64,000 nucleotides of DNA, taken from NCBI GenBank assembly GCA_001600695.1, contig BCKQ01000004.1:568088-632087 (forward strand). The letters are read 5' to 3'. Of the stretch, positions 13,265 through 23,660 are shown piece by piece (the stretch's first letter is position 1; the number at the start of each line of letters is the position of its first letter). Position numbers and translations under genes: made by a program. Origin of the DNA: Ascoidea asiatica JCM 7603. Its lineage: Eukaryota; Fungi; Ascomycota. Below the pieces are notes generated by a model. The model worked only from the letters and a program-made list of their open reading frames with translations. It made no database searches and was not told the DNA's origin.

Positions 13265-16200
13265 TTATAATATTGTAGAATTAATTGGTTCCCAAGATTT
13301 TAATCTTAAAGAAGATGTCACAACACAAACAGATGAAATACTCATGGAAGCTGCTGCAAATAAAGGATTCATTATACCCATTATTGCCATTGGAATCATT
13401 AACATATTATATACAGTAGCAAGAATAAAATTGAGTCTAATTGTTTTTAAGGTTTTATTTGATAAATTCAAACTATTAATTAATGATAATAAATCATCAT
13501 CTAATAATATGATATCAGCTGCTGAAGTTGCAATATCTGTTGCTGAACTAAAGGATATTCCAATATCTGCTTGACTTATAGCTGCAGCATCATTTATACC
13601 ATCACCAATAAATAAAACTTTTTTAATTTTTTGTAAATTTGAAACTAATTTTGCTTTATCTGAAGGAGTTTGTTCAGCAAATATTGAATTTAATTCAATT
13701 CCAACTTGATTTCCAACTCTTTTTGCAATTTGATAATTATCACCAGTAACCATTGCAACTTCATAACCATGTTTTTTAAGATAATTTATAACTTCTTTTG
13801 CATGAGGTTTTATTGAATCAGTTAAAATCATAAAACCTAAAATTTCTTCATCAATTGAAAGATAAATTTTAGTTCCAATAATATTTTCAGTAATATCTTG
13901 TTTTAAATTAACTAATTTTGCATTACCAAGTTTAATAGTATGTTCAAAATTATTATCATTATCATTATCATTAATATTTTTAAAATTTGCAACTATACCC
14001 AGTCCAGGTTGATTTTTAATATTATAAATTTGAAAATTATTTTTAAAAGATTCATTTGAATTTTCTAAATTATTTAAAATAGATCTTGAATAACTTTCAA
14101 TTGATTTTGCAATTGGATGATCAGAATTTTTTTCAATTAAATTTATTAAACTCCAAATTTGAAAATGATTTAAATTAAATTTTTCAAATAAATTTTCAAA
14201 AAATTTAAAATTTATAATTTTCATTGAACCTGTTGTTAAAGTATTTGTTTTATCAAATAAAATTATATCAATTTTATTTAAATTTTCTAAAATATCACCA
14301 CCTTTAATTAAAAGACCATTTTTTGCACCAACACCAGTACCAACCATAATTGCAGTTGGAGCAGCTAAACCTAAAGCACATGGACAAGCAACAACAATTA
14401 CAGAAATTCCAATTTTTAAAGAAACAAAAAATTTACCATTTGATTTAATTGAATTATAAAATCTTTTTGGTAAATCTTCAATATTTGTAAAATAATAATT
14501 AAAAATTAAAAACCAAAATAAGAATGTGAAAAATGATAAACAAATTATTGAAGGTACAAAAATTGAAGCAATATAATCTGCATACCTTTGTAATGGAGCT
14601 TTTTTAGTTTGAGCATTTTTTACAAGAGAAATAATTTGATTTAATTTTGTTGAATCACCAATATATTTAACTTTCATATAAAAAGTATTTGATTTATTTA
14701 CAGAACCTGCAATTACATTTGAATTAATTTTTTTTAAAATTGGTATTGATTCACCAGTTAATAAAGATTCATCAATTTCAGATTCACCAAAAATTATAAA
14801 ACCATCAGCAGGAATTTTTTCACCTTGTTTAATAATTAAAATATCATTTGGTTGAATAAAATCAGATAAAATTTTTTCAATTTCAAATTCTTCTAAATTT
14901 TTTATAGATTTATTAATATTATTATTATTATTATTATTAATAATATTAAATAAATTTGATTCAAATTCTAATTGATTTTTAATTACAAAAGAATTTGAAG
15001 GTGTTAAATTTAATAAATTTGATAAAGATGAAGTTGTTTGACTTTTTGCTTTATTTTCTAACCATTTACCAAAAGATATAAAAATAATTAACATTGCAGA
15101 AGTATCAAATAAAACAATTGGTTTAATTTTAGAATTTTTAAAAATTAAAGAAATTAACATTGAATAAATTGAGAAAAAATAAGTTATAGAAGTTGAAGTT
15201 GAAATTAAAACATCCATATTTGTATTACCATTTTTTAAAGATTTATATGAATTTATATAAAAAATTTTACCTAATTTAAATTGAATAATTGTTGAAAATA
15301 TTAAAGAAATTAAATCATTTAAATATAAACCAGAATTAAGAATTTGAAAATAATTATTTTTATAATTAAATTTTTTTAGAATTAATGGTAAAAAATTATG
15401 TAAAAATAAAATTGGTAAACCTAAGAATAAAGAATTTTTAAAATTTTTAAACCAAAATTTAATTTCATTAATTTTAGATAAATTTTTTAATTGATTTAAA
15501 TTATTAATTGAATTTTTAGGTAAACAAATTATATTAAATTTTTGATTTAAATTATTAATAATTGATCTAATTTTTATTGTAGAATTAAAATTATAAATTA
15601 AATTTAATAAATTTTGATTTTTATTCATTTTTACAAAAATTATATTATTAAAAGAAGATTTTAAATAATTTTCAATTTCATTTGAATTTAAATTTTTTAA
15701 AATATTTTCATTACCTAATATTGATAATTTTAAATTTATTGTATCTTTTTGATTATTAATTTTATTGGCGGTTAAGTTTAAAGATGAATTAAATTCATTA
15801 AATTCATTTAATTTATTTAATTCAATTAATTCAATTGAGGAATTAGATAATTGATAAGAATATGGATATGAAGATATTAAATTACAATCAAAACCAGAAT
15901 TATCTATTATATCTAATAAAACATTTGAATTAATTTTAATTGAATGAATAATTTTAGCTTCTTCAGTTAATAAAGATATATTTATATCATTTATTAAATT
16001 ATTTTTAATATTATTTTTAATATTTAAATTTAAAATTGATTTTGTAATTGAAGAAGTACATGAAGAACAAGTCATACCTTGTATTGAAATTATAGATTCA
16101 ATTAATTGATTATCATCATTGTCATTGTCATTTGTATTGTCATTGTTATTGTTATTGTTATTGTTGATTAATGGAGATTTAGAAGATATAGTGTATGATG

Positions 16201-16429
16201 AATTATCTTTAATTAAAGAATCAGAAGAATCCGAAGATGAAGTTAAATTGAAATTTGAATTATCTGAATTACTTTCATTATCTATATCATTATTAATTAA
16301 ATTTTGATTTTCATATTCATCATTATTATTATGATTATTATTATTATTATTATTATTATTAATATTATTTTTAATATTAATATTAAAATTTTTAAAATTT
16401 GAGAATAAATTTGAAAATGAAAATGACAT
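13265..16429 (-). CDS. CCC2: Cu(I)-transporting P1B-type ATPase
   Basis: GMTCSSC metal-binding domain, LLTGES, ACPCALGLA, DKT(N)TLT, HP, TGDN, GDGIND, TM YN and MxxSS. Confidence 0.92.
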   Translation of the reverse strand: MSFSFSNLFSNFKNFNINIKNNINNNNNNNNNHNNNDEYENQNLINNDIDNESNSDNSNFNLTSSSDSSDSLIKDNSSYTISSKSPLINNNNNNNNDNTNDNDNDDNQLIESIISIQGMTCSSCTSSITKSILNLNIKNNIKNNLINDINISLLTEEAKIIHSIKINSNVLLDIIDNSGFDCNLISSYPYSYQLSNSSIELIELNKLNEFNEFNSSLNLTANKINNQKDTINLKLSILGNENILKNLNSNEIENYLKSSFNNIIFVKMNKNQNLLNLIYNFNSTIKIRSIINNLNQKFNIICLPKNSINNLNQLKNLSKINEIKFWFKNFKNSLFLGLPILFLHNFLPLILKKFNYKNNYFQILNSGLYLNDLISLIFSTIIQFKLGKIFYINSYKSLKNGNTNMDVLISTSTSITYFFSIYSMLISLIFKNSKIKPIVLFDTSAMLIIFISFGKWLENKAKSQTTSSLSNLLNLTPSNSFVIKNQLEFESNLFNIINNNNNNNINKSIKNLEEFEIEKILSDFIQPNDILIIKQGEKIPADGFIIFGESEIDESLLTGESIPILKKINSNVIAGSVNKSNTFYMKVKYIGDSTKLNQIISLVKNAQTKKAPLQRYADYIASIFVPSIICLSFFTFLFWFLIFNYYFTNIEDLPKRFYNSIKSNGKFFVSLKIGISVIVVACPCALGLAAPTAIMVGTGVGAKNGLLIKGGDILENLNKIDIILFDKTNTLTTGSMKIINFKFFENLFEKFNLNHFQIWSLINLIEKNSDHPIAKSIESYSRSILNNLENSNESFKNNFQIYNIKNQPGLGIVANFKNINDNDNDNNFEHTIKLGNAKLVNLKQDITENIIGTKIYLSIDEEILGFMILTDSIKPHAKEVINYLKKHGYEVAMVTGDNYQIAKRVGNQVGIELNSIFAEQTPSDKAKLVSNLQKIKKVLFIGDGINDAAAISQADIGISFSSATDIATSAADIILLDDDLLSLINSLNLSNKTLKTIRLNFILATVYNMLMIPMAIMGIMNPLFAAASMSISSVCVVTSSLRLKSWEPINSTIL

Positions 16430-16820
16430 TATTTTAGGATTTGGATATGATAAATATTTTAGAATATATTTAAAAGAATATTCATGAAACTGAGATTGTT
16501 TAGATTGATTAGATTATAGGGATTTGATATTTCAACGGGGTTTGATTATCTTATATATTTTGTTATTTGATTAATGGATAATTTGAGTGATAAATTGATA
16601 ATAAAGCTAGTATATATATATAAATATGAGTATGAGACAAAGAAAAAGAGAAAGAGGAAAAGAAAGAGAATAAGCAGGAAAGTAAGAATATGAGGAAGCA
16701 AAGAGAAAAGAAAAAGAAATAAAGGATAATATATATGAAGAGAAATGTATTTGATATGTAATATGATAATGTAATATGATAATGTATATAATATAATAAT
16801 GAGTAGTGGTAGTATTTAGT

Positions 16821-16865
16821 ATGAGAATAAAGTGAGAATAAAGTGAGAATAAAGTGAGAATAAAG
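16821..16865. repeat. 11-bp tandem repeat (GTGAGAATAAA) x4
   Basis: Direct reading of the sequence. Confidence 0.85.
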
Positions 16866-16976
16866 GTATATTTTGTTAAGTATGGCGTAGAGCATAAACG
16901 CCGGAGGTTTCTTTGGCGCTTTACCCTTAGATGGAATTGATAGCAGAGAAGAGGGAAGTGAGAAGAGGGAGGGAAA

Positions 16977-17024
16977 GAGAGAGAGAGAGAGAGAGTGTGT
17001 GTGTGTGTGTGTGTGTGTGTGAGA
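16977..17024. repeat. Compound microsatellite (GA)n(GT)n
   Basis: A GA run followed by ~13 GT units in the CCC2/ATP17 divergent promoter. Confidence 0.9.
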
Positions 17025-17445
17025 GTGATCGCTTTTCTTCCATGGGGTCTGTTTTATCTGGGCATGAAGAAGTGGCCGGGGGTGGCGGGTATTTAGATAC
17101 ATCTGTGGATGGCGGTTTTTATCGAGACAGGCACGTGATACAGCTTGGTCAGGTGACCAACTATTGAGTCACATGACCTTTGTTTTTTTCAACCAGTAAT
17201 ATCTCTGAGATCACTTCCACTATTATTATATTGAATTACTATTGAAGTGTATTGAAGTGTATTGTATTATATTATATTCATTTGGCGCTGGTGAACTATC
17301 GAAATTTGGTATTTAGATTTAATACTCCAATAATTATATCTCTAATATCAATTATATATTATATATTATATATATATATATACTTCATATCATATCATAT
17401 CATATCATATCATATTTCATATTCTTAATCAATATCAATATCAAT

Positions 17446-17748
17446 ATGTCATTTATTGCAAAACGTTCATTATCAACATTAATTCCACCAAAGATTGCAT
17501 CTGTTAAAAATTTAGGTTCAAATCCAAATGCAAAACGTATGGTTAATGTTGTTTCATTTTATAAATCTTTACCACAAGGTCAAATTGAATTAAAAAAATC
17601 TTGGGGTCCAATATCAAAATATAAATCTGCTTATTTTGATGGTGATAATGCTTCTGGTAAACCAATAATTCATATTGCTTTATTTTTATTAATTTCTGGT
17701 TATTCAATGGAATATTATTTTCATCATGCTGCTCATAAAGATCATTAA
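17446..17748 (+). CDS. ATP17: Mitochondrial ATP synthase subunit f
   Basis: RSLSTLIPPKIAS, VVSFYKSLPQG, YFDGDNASGKP, GYSMEYYFH. Confidence 0.96.
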   Translation: MSFIAKRSLSTLIPPKIASVKNLGSNPNAKRMVNVVSFYKSLPQGQIELKKSWGPISKYKSAYFDGDNASGKPIIHIALFLLISGYSMEYYFHHAAHKDH

Positions 17749-17852
17749 ATTTATAACCTTTCATTATAATTATTATTAACTATATATAGATATATTCATA
17801 TAAAATTACTTATATATTCATCTAATATATATATATATATATATATATATCA

Positions 17853-18107
17853 TTACACTTCAGAAATATATTGAACTGTATTACCTCGTATAAATACATC
17901 ACCATAATTTCTACTTTTTTCACCATTTATAATCTCAATTGTTTTTGGTCCTAAAACTATATTCATATATCCATCAATCATTTGTAAAATTCCATGATAT
18001 TCAATTCCTGAATTTAATTTAATTATAACTTCATTATCTTTAATATCATTTAAAAATTTACTTGGATCTGTTTTATTATTATTATCCTCTTTTATAACTT
18101 TACTCAT
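17853..18107 (-). CDS. LSM6: Sm-like protein Lsm6
   Basis: Sm1 motif KLNSGIEYHGIL..IDGYMNIVL and Sm2 motif YGDVFIRGN; N-terminal DPSKFL. Confidence 0.9.
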   Translation of the reverse strand: MSKVIKEDNNNKTDPSKFLNDIKDNEVIIKLNSGIEYHGILQMIDGYMNIVLGPKTIEIINGEKSRNYGDVFIRGNTVQYISEV

Positions 18108-18259
18108 ATTTTATTCTATTCTCTTATATTATATTATTATATATTCATTCTTTAATCAGATTATAATAATCCTTAATCAATAAATTCTTATTAAATATTC
18201 TTATTAAATATTATTATTAAATTATATTATTATTGTTATTGAAAAGTTAAAATATGTAA

Positions 18260-18342
18260 TGACTAATAGATTACATAATACTTCTGCTGACTCATCATAC
18301 TCAATTGCTGACTAACACTCAATTACGTAACTAATTACATAA
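18260..18342. promoter_or_regulatory. Cluster of bZIP (Yap/AP-1/Gcn4-type) sites
   Basis: TGACTAA x2, TGACTCA, TTACGTAA and TTACATAA x2 within 83 bp between the divergent LSM6 and GET3. Confidence 0.6.
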
Positions 18343-18479
18343 TCTGAAACTTGTCTTTATTATTTTAAATTATTAATATAATAATTAACGTTATATAAAA
18401 GGAATAATAGAAGTAAATATAATAAATAACAAGTATAAATATAAATATAAATATAAATATAAATATAAAAATAATTAAA

Positions 18480-19145
18480 ATGTCAGAAGATAATTTAGAT
18501 CTTGAATTAAATTTAGAACCAACTCTTAATCATATATTTTCTTCAAATTCAACATTAAAATGGATTTTTGTTGGTGGTAAAGGTGGTGTTGGTAAAACAA
18601 CTTCATCATGTTCAATTGCTTTACAATTATCAAAAAAAAATCCAAATAAAAATTTTTTATTAATTTCAACAGATCCTGCTCATAATTTATCTGATGCTTT
18701 TGGTCAAAAATTTGATAAAGATGCAAGAAAAGTTAATAATTTATTAAATTTATCATGTATGGAAATTGATCCAAATGCTTTTATTGAAGATTTAAAAAAT
18801 AATAATAATAATAATCAAAATCAAAATCAAAATGGTGATGGAAATAATCAAGATTTAAATAATAATCCATTAGCTGGTATAATGAATGATATGACATCTT
18901 CAATTCCTGGAATTGATGAAGCTTTATCATTTATGGAAGTTATGAAACATATTAAAAAAAATGATTCAAATGGTAATAAAATTGATTATGATACAATTAT
19001 TTTTGATACAGCTCCAACTGGTCATACATTAAGATTTTTACAATTACCATCAACTTTAGAAAAATTATTAATTAAATTAAATAATTTATCAGGTAAATTT
19101 GGTCCATTAATTAATAATTTTATTTCTTCAAATAATTCCTCAGGA

Positions 19146-19188
<43 letters not shown>

Positions 19189-19637
19189 GTCAAATTGGTA
19201 ATGAAAATAAAGATATTTTTAAAAAATTAAGTGAAATTCAAAAAACAGTAAGTGAAATTAATAAAGAATTTCAAAATCCAGATTTAACAACATTTATTTG
19301 TGTTTGTATAAGTGAATTTTTATCATTATATGAAACTGAGAGATTAATTCAAGAATTAATATCATATAATATGGATGTTAATTCAATTATTATTAATCAA
19401 TTATTATTTGAAGATTTAAATAATTGTAAGAGATGTAAATCAAGATGGAAAATGCAAAAAAAATATTTAAATGAAATGTTTGATTTATATGAAGATTTTC
19501 ATTTAATTAAAATGCCATTATTAGGTAATGAAATTAGAGGTTTAAATAATTTAATTAAATTTAGTCAATTTTTATCAAAACCATATGATCCAATTAATGA
19601 TAATCATATAATTTTTGAATTAGAAAATCAAGATTAA
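18480..19637 (+). CDS. GET3: Tail-anchored protein targeting ATPase Get3 (ArsA family)
   Basis: [38 protein letters not shown]. Confidence 0.97.
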
Positions 19638-19699
19638 TTATTTATATTTATATTTTTATATACAAGTGTTTAAGTTAATTGAGTAATAAATAAGTTAAA

Positions 19700-21316
19700 T
19701 TATGAAAAAAGTTTATAAATCCAATGAGGTTTATATTCCATTGGAATTTTTAAATTATTTAAATCATTTTTATAATTTAAAATTTTTTTTTCATAAAATG
19801 AAATTTTTTCTTTATTTTTTTTATTTTCATTATTATTTTCATTATATAATAAATGAGAATACATTTTAATTAAATTTTTATAATTTAAATTTAAAATTAA
19901 ATAACAATTTTTATTTGAATTTAAATATGGTAAAGATTGAATAATTATTAATTCAGACCATTTTATTGAATTTTTATAATCTTTTTTTAACCATAAAATT
20001 TCAGAAATATATAATTTTAATTTTGGTATATCATCAAAATTTATATCTAATTGACTTTGATGTTGATTATTATTATTATTATTATTTAAATTAAAGAAAA
20101 AAAGATGATTTGGATTAATTTTATTATTAAATTTTATAAAATTTTGATAATTAATTAAATTATTTAAATTATTTAATAAAATTTCTAAAGATTTATCTAA
20201 ATATTTATTAATTTTTGATTTATTATAATATTTAAGATAAAATAAAGCTAAATTTGTAGTTGAATCTAATAAATCTCTTGATAATAAAGTTTTTTTAAAA
20301 TCAAATAAATATATATCACTTAAATCTAAGTTATTATTTGATGGTGAAGTGGGTGAAGTGGGAGAATTGGGAGAAATGGAAATTGAATTATTATCTTTTA
20401 AAAGTTTAATTGAATTAATATAATAATTTTGTAAAATTTGAAAATTTAAATCATTTGAATTTAATAAATTTTTATCTTGATTATAAATATTAATTAAAAG
20501 ATTTGGATATAAATTATAAGCTTTTGATAATAATTCATAAGATACAAGATTATTTATGTTATCTTTAGTGGTAATTGTATTTGAATCAATTATTTCAAAA
20601 ACGTAAGATAATAATTTATTTATAATTTTTAAATCATTTAAATTTGAATAATTTTTAGATTTTATTAATGATAATCTTATAATTATATCATTATAAAATT
20701 TAATAAATTGTAAATCATTTGAATTTAATAAAATATTTATTGGAATTAAATTTATATCATTTGAAAATTTATTAAAATTTAAATTATAATTATTATTAAA
20801 ATTTCTTAAAATAGATAAATAAAATTCTTCAGATTTTTTTAAATCATTTTTAAATTGATCAAAGAATAAAGAAATTAAATAAATTAATTTAATTTTGAAT
20901 GTAATATTTGATGAGGTTGTATTTGAAGGATAATAATTTTTTTTAAATAAATAATTTTTTATAATTTTATAAATTATAATTATTAAAATTATTGAAGATA
21001 TATAAAAAATTAAAATTCCTTTAAGTATTGAATTTGAGAATTTTAAAAATTTTATACCTATTGGATTTTTAATTATTATTCTTTTGAAGTTTCTTTTTTG
21101 GATTAATGAATTTAAAATTAATTTATTATTGTTGTTTTTGTTGTTTTTGTTGTTGTTATTTAATAGTGAAGATAGTAGTCTCTTGTTATTATTGTTATTA
21201 TTGTTATTATTGTTATTAGTTAATGATAATGGATTGAATGAATTGAGAGAGTTTAAGGAATTGAAGGAGGTAAGACTCTTTGATAAGGGTCTTTTTAAAA
21301 GTGAAGTTCTTATCAT
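19700..21316 (-). CDS. Putative mitochondrial inner-membrane protein (possibly Mgr3-like i-AAA adaptor)
   Basis: 538-aa ORF with a basic/Ser presequence, one hydrophobic segment (GILIFYISSIILIIII) and a helical C-terminus. The family assignment is tentative. Confidence 0.55.
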   Translation of the reverse strand: MIRTSLLKRPLSKSLTSFNSLNSLNSFNPLSLTNNNNNNNNNNNKRLLSSLLNNNNKNNKNNNNKLILNSLIQKRNFKRIIIKNPIGIKFLKFSNSILKGILIFYISSIILIIIIYKIIKNYLFKKNYYPSNTTSSNITFKIKLIYLISLFFDQFKNDLKKSEEFYLSILRNFNNNYNLNFNKFSNDINLIPINILLNSNDLQFIKFYNDIIIRLSLIKSKNYSNLNDLKIINKLLSYVFEIIDSNTITTKDNINNLVSYELLSKAYNLYPNLLINIYNQDKNLLNSNDLNFQILQNYYINSIKLLKDNNSISISPNSPTSPTSPSNNNLDLSDIYLFDFKKTLLSRDLLDSTTNLALFYLKYYNKSKINKYLDKSLEILLNNLNNLINYQNFIKFNNKINPNHLFFFNLNNNNNNNQHQSQLDINFDDIPKLKLYISEILWLKKDYKNSIKWSELIIIQSLPYLNSNKNCYLILNLNYKNLIKMYSHLLYNENNNENKKNKEKISFYEKKILNYKNDLNNLKIPMEYKPHWIYKLFS

Positions 21317-21512
21317 TGTCAGATAATATACTTTATATCAATTGATTATTATATTCTATTAATTATTATCTTCTCATCATATTGTTATTATTGTTATTAT
21401 TATTGTTGTTATTATTATTATTACTGTTGTTATTATTGTTTATTTATTCAGAAGTGAGAAGTGAGAAGTGAGAAGTGAGAAGTGAATATAAGAATCTAAA
21501 ATGTGACGACGA

Positions 21513-21534
21513 TCACGTGGGCATGACCACGTGG
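21513..21534. promoter_or_regulatory. Paired CACGTG E-boxes
   Basis: TCACGTGG and CCACGTGG about 14 bp apart, followed by (TAAACAAA)n. Confidence 0.45.
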
Positions 21535-21665
21535 TATTGTAAAACAAATAAACAAATAAACAAATAAACAATAAATCAGATCTGAAAAGGAGAGAAATCA
21601 AAAGGAACTTGTACTTGGGAGTAGTATTAGAGATAGTAGTAGTGATAGTAGTAGTGATAGTAGTA

Positions 21666-23008
21666 GTGAAGTCACATCATCTCTATTTGAAGATATTATT
21701 TCCTATTTCGAAAATATTTTAGTCACGTTTTTGAAAAATGAACTTTTGAAAAAGCTCAGCGGAAATCACCCAAAATCCGCCAAATAACCGCATTTGTATC
21801 AGACAAAGGATTTAAAATCGGGCCCGAAGGTTTTAAGAGTGACCAGAAAGTATTAACATGGGAAGCCAGGTACCCTCTATAAATGGAATATATATAAAAG
21901 AAGTACAGTACTAACAGATTGTTAATGTATTATCAAACTATTCAATATCGAATACGTCAATATTAAATTCCTAAGATTATTGCTCCAAATCGTTTCCCAG
22001 TGGCGGTAAAGGAAAAGGTTTCTAGAAAGACCAGCAATTGTAGACGTAGGTGGCACAACAATTGGAGAGGGTTTGATATTAAGTTTCTTTTTATCATCAA
22101 AAAAGGATTGATTAGAAATTCCAAAAGACTCCCCTGGGATATTTGGTTTGACATTTAAATGAGAAAAAGATTTATCTAGATCATCATCCAAAGAATCATT
22201 ACTTTTTGTTAAGAGACTTTAATCCTCAATTGGAAAAACAATTACAATAGACGTTACCACTTTAGAAGGACCCATAACAGAATAACTTACTGCTGAAAAG
22301 ATAGGTTTAGATTATTGTAACTATTTCTCTCATTGATCATCTTCTCATTATTAATGCTATTATCGTAAATGTCTTCAAACATTAATTGTTTCTCCATTTT
22401 CATTTCAAACTGGTCTAACAAAGTTGAGTTAAGATCATGAAAAAAAGAAGTTGGTATTTGAATGGGTTGAACTAAATATTCTAGTATTATTTTTGGAGTT
22501 GTCATTGGTGGCAATACTTGAACTGTTTTTATTTGTAGACTGGTCCTTATAGATATGATGAGAATATAAATTTAAAACAATAGAATTAGGTTCTTGAATG
22601 ATTGAGTTGGAACTTTAATTAACACTTTTCTTATTATTATTGTTTATTGTTTTTTTATATTGGATAATAATATAGATATAATTATAATATTAGATACAAC
22701 AATAATGAATAAACCATGTAACAAAAGCAAAAACAAACATCAGTTAATAATTCATTTGACTTTTCTTTAATTACAAAAACCAAAGGGGGTTTATCTATTG
22801 AAATGAATAGTTGAAGAAGAAATAGAAGAGGATTTATATAATGTTCAAACATTTTGGGATTCATTTGTTTGAGGTGGGCCTCTTTTATTGTTTAAAGGCC
22901 CACAATTATTTATGGGAAAATGGATTTTGGATAGGATATATTCCATGGTACGGATAAATAGCTAAATGTCAATAAAAATATCTGCAAATAGAGATGTTGT
23001 ATCTTCAC
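21666..23008. mobile_element. Non-autonomous, degenerate TIR DNA transposon (Mutator-like candidate)
   Basis: 21666-21700 matches the reverse complement of 22974-23008 at 30/35 positions. Flanks are ATAGTAGTA / TTAGTATTA (7/9), or an exact TAGT if each end is moved 1 bp outward. Confidence 0.65.
21922..22613 (-). pseudogene. Decayed ORF inside the TIR element
   Basis: About 230 codons can be threaded through 2 frameshifts and 1 in-frame TAA. The product is S/N/D-rich with no recognisable transposase motif. Confidence 0.5.
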
Positions 23009-23614
23009 TTAGTATTACTCGAGTAGAAGACTGGAGAGTAGAGACTGGAGAGTACTGGTAGAGTGAGTGAGTGAGTGAGTGAGCGAGTGAGCGAGTGTCG
23101 GTTCGCTTGTTGGGCGGTGCTCGTTCACTCGCTCGCTGCTTTACGGCGCTGTGGCGGTGCAGCGAGTGCTCTTCTTTCATTGGACTACCTCCAGAACAGG
23201 TCCACTCCATCTTCACACTGGCTTCACACTGGCTTCACACTGCTCCAGACTATCTTTAGTATCGACACTTCCTGGTTACTTCCTGAGCCACTATTCCAGT
23301 CTATTCCAGTCTATTCCTGTGGCTGAGCTGCAATGAAAAAAACTAATGAAAGCATAAAAAGGATATAAACAAGAAAGATGAAATATGAAATATGAAATAT
23401 ATGAAATATATGAAATATCAGTGAATCTGAATTATTATAAAACAAGATATAAAAAGAGAACAAGAGAATACTTACTCTATTCCATTTACTATTCATTCAT
23501 TACTTCATTACTTCCTTACTTCATTACTTCATATTCATATCTCTCACAGTCATACTCATAGTCTAAGTCATATAACATTCATATCATTATCATTATCATT
23601 ATCATTATTTAAAA

Positions 23615-23629
23615 ATGGTAATTGAAAAT

Positions 23630-23660
<31 letters not shown>

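Noticed and set aside
16563-17167. 179-aa and 78-aa ORFs in the CCC2/ATP17 intergenic region
   Set aside because: Translations of microsatellites (HTHT, SLSL, CVCV) with no domain.
22218-22290. Possible minus-strand intron (GTAAGT...AAG) joining the two small ORFs inside the TIR element
   Set aside because: It is in frame but has no TACTAAY-like branch point, and other frameshifts remain, so decay is the simpler explanation.
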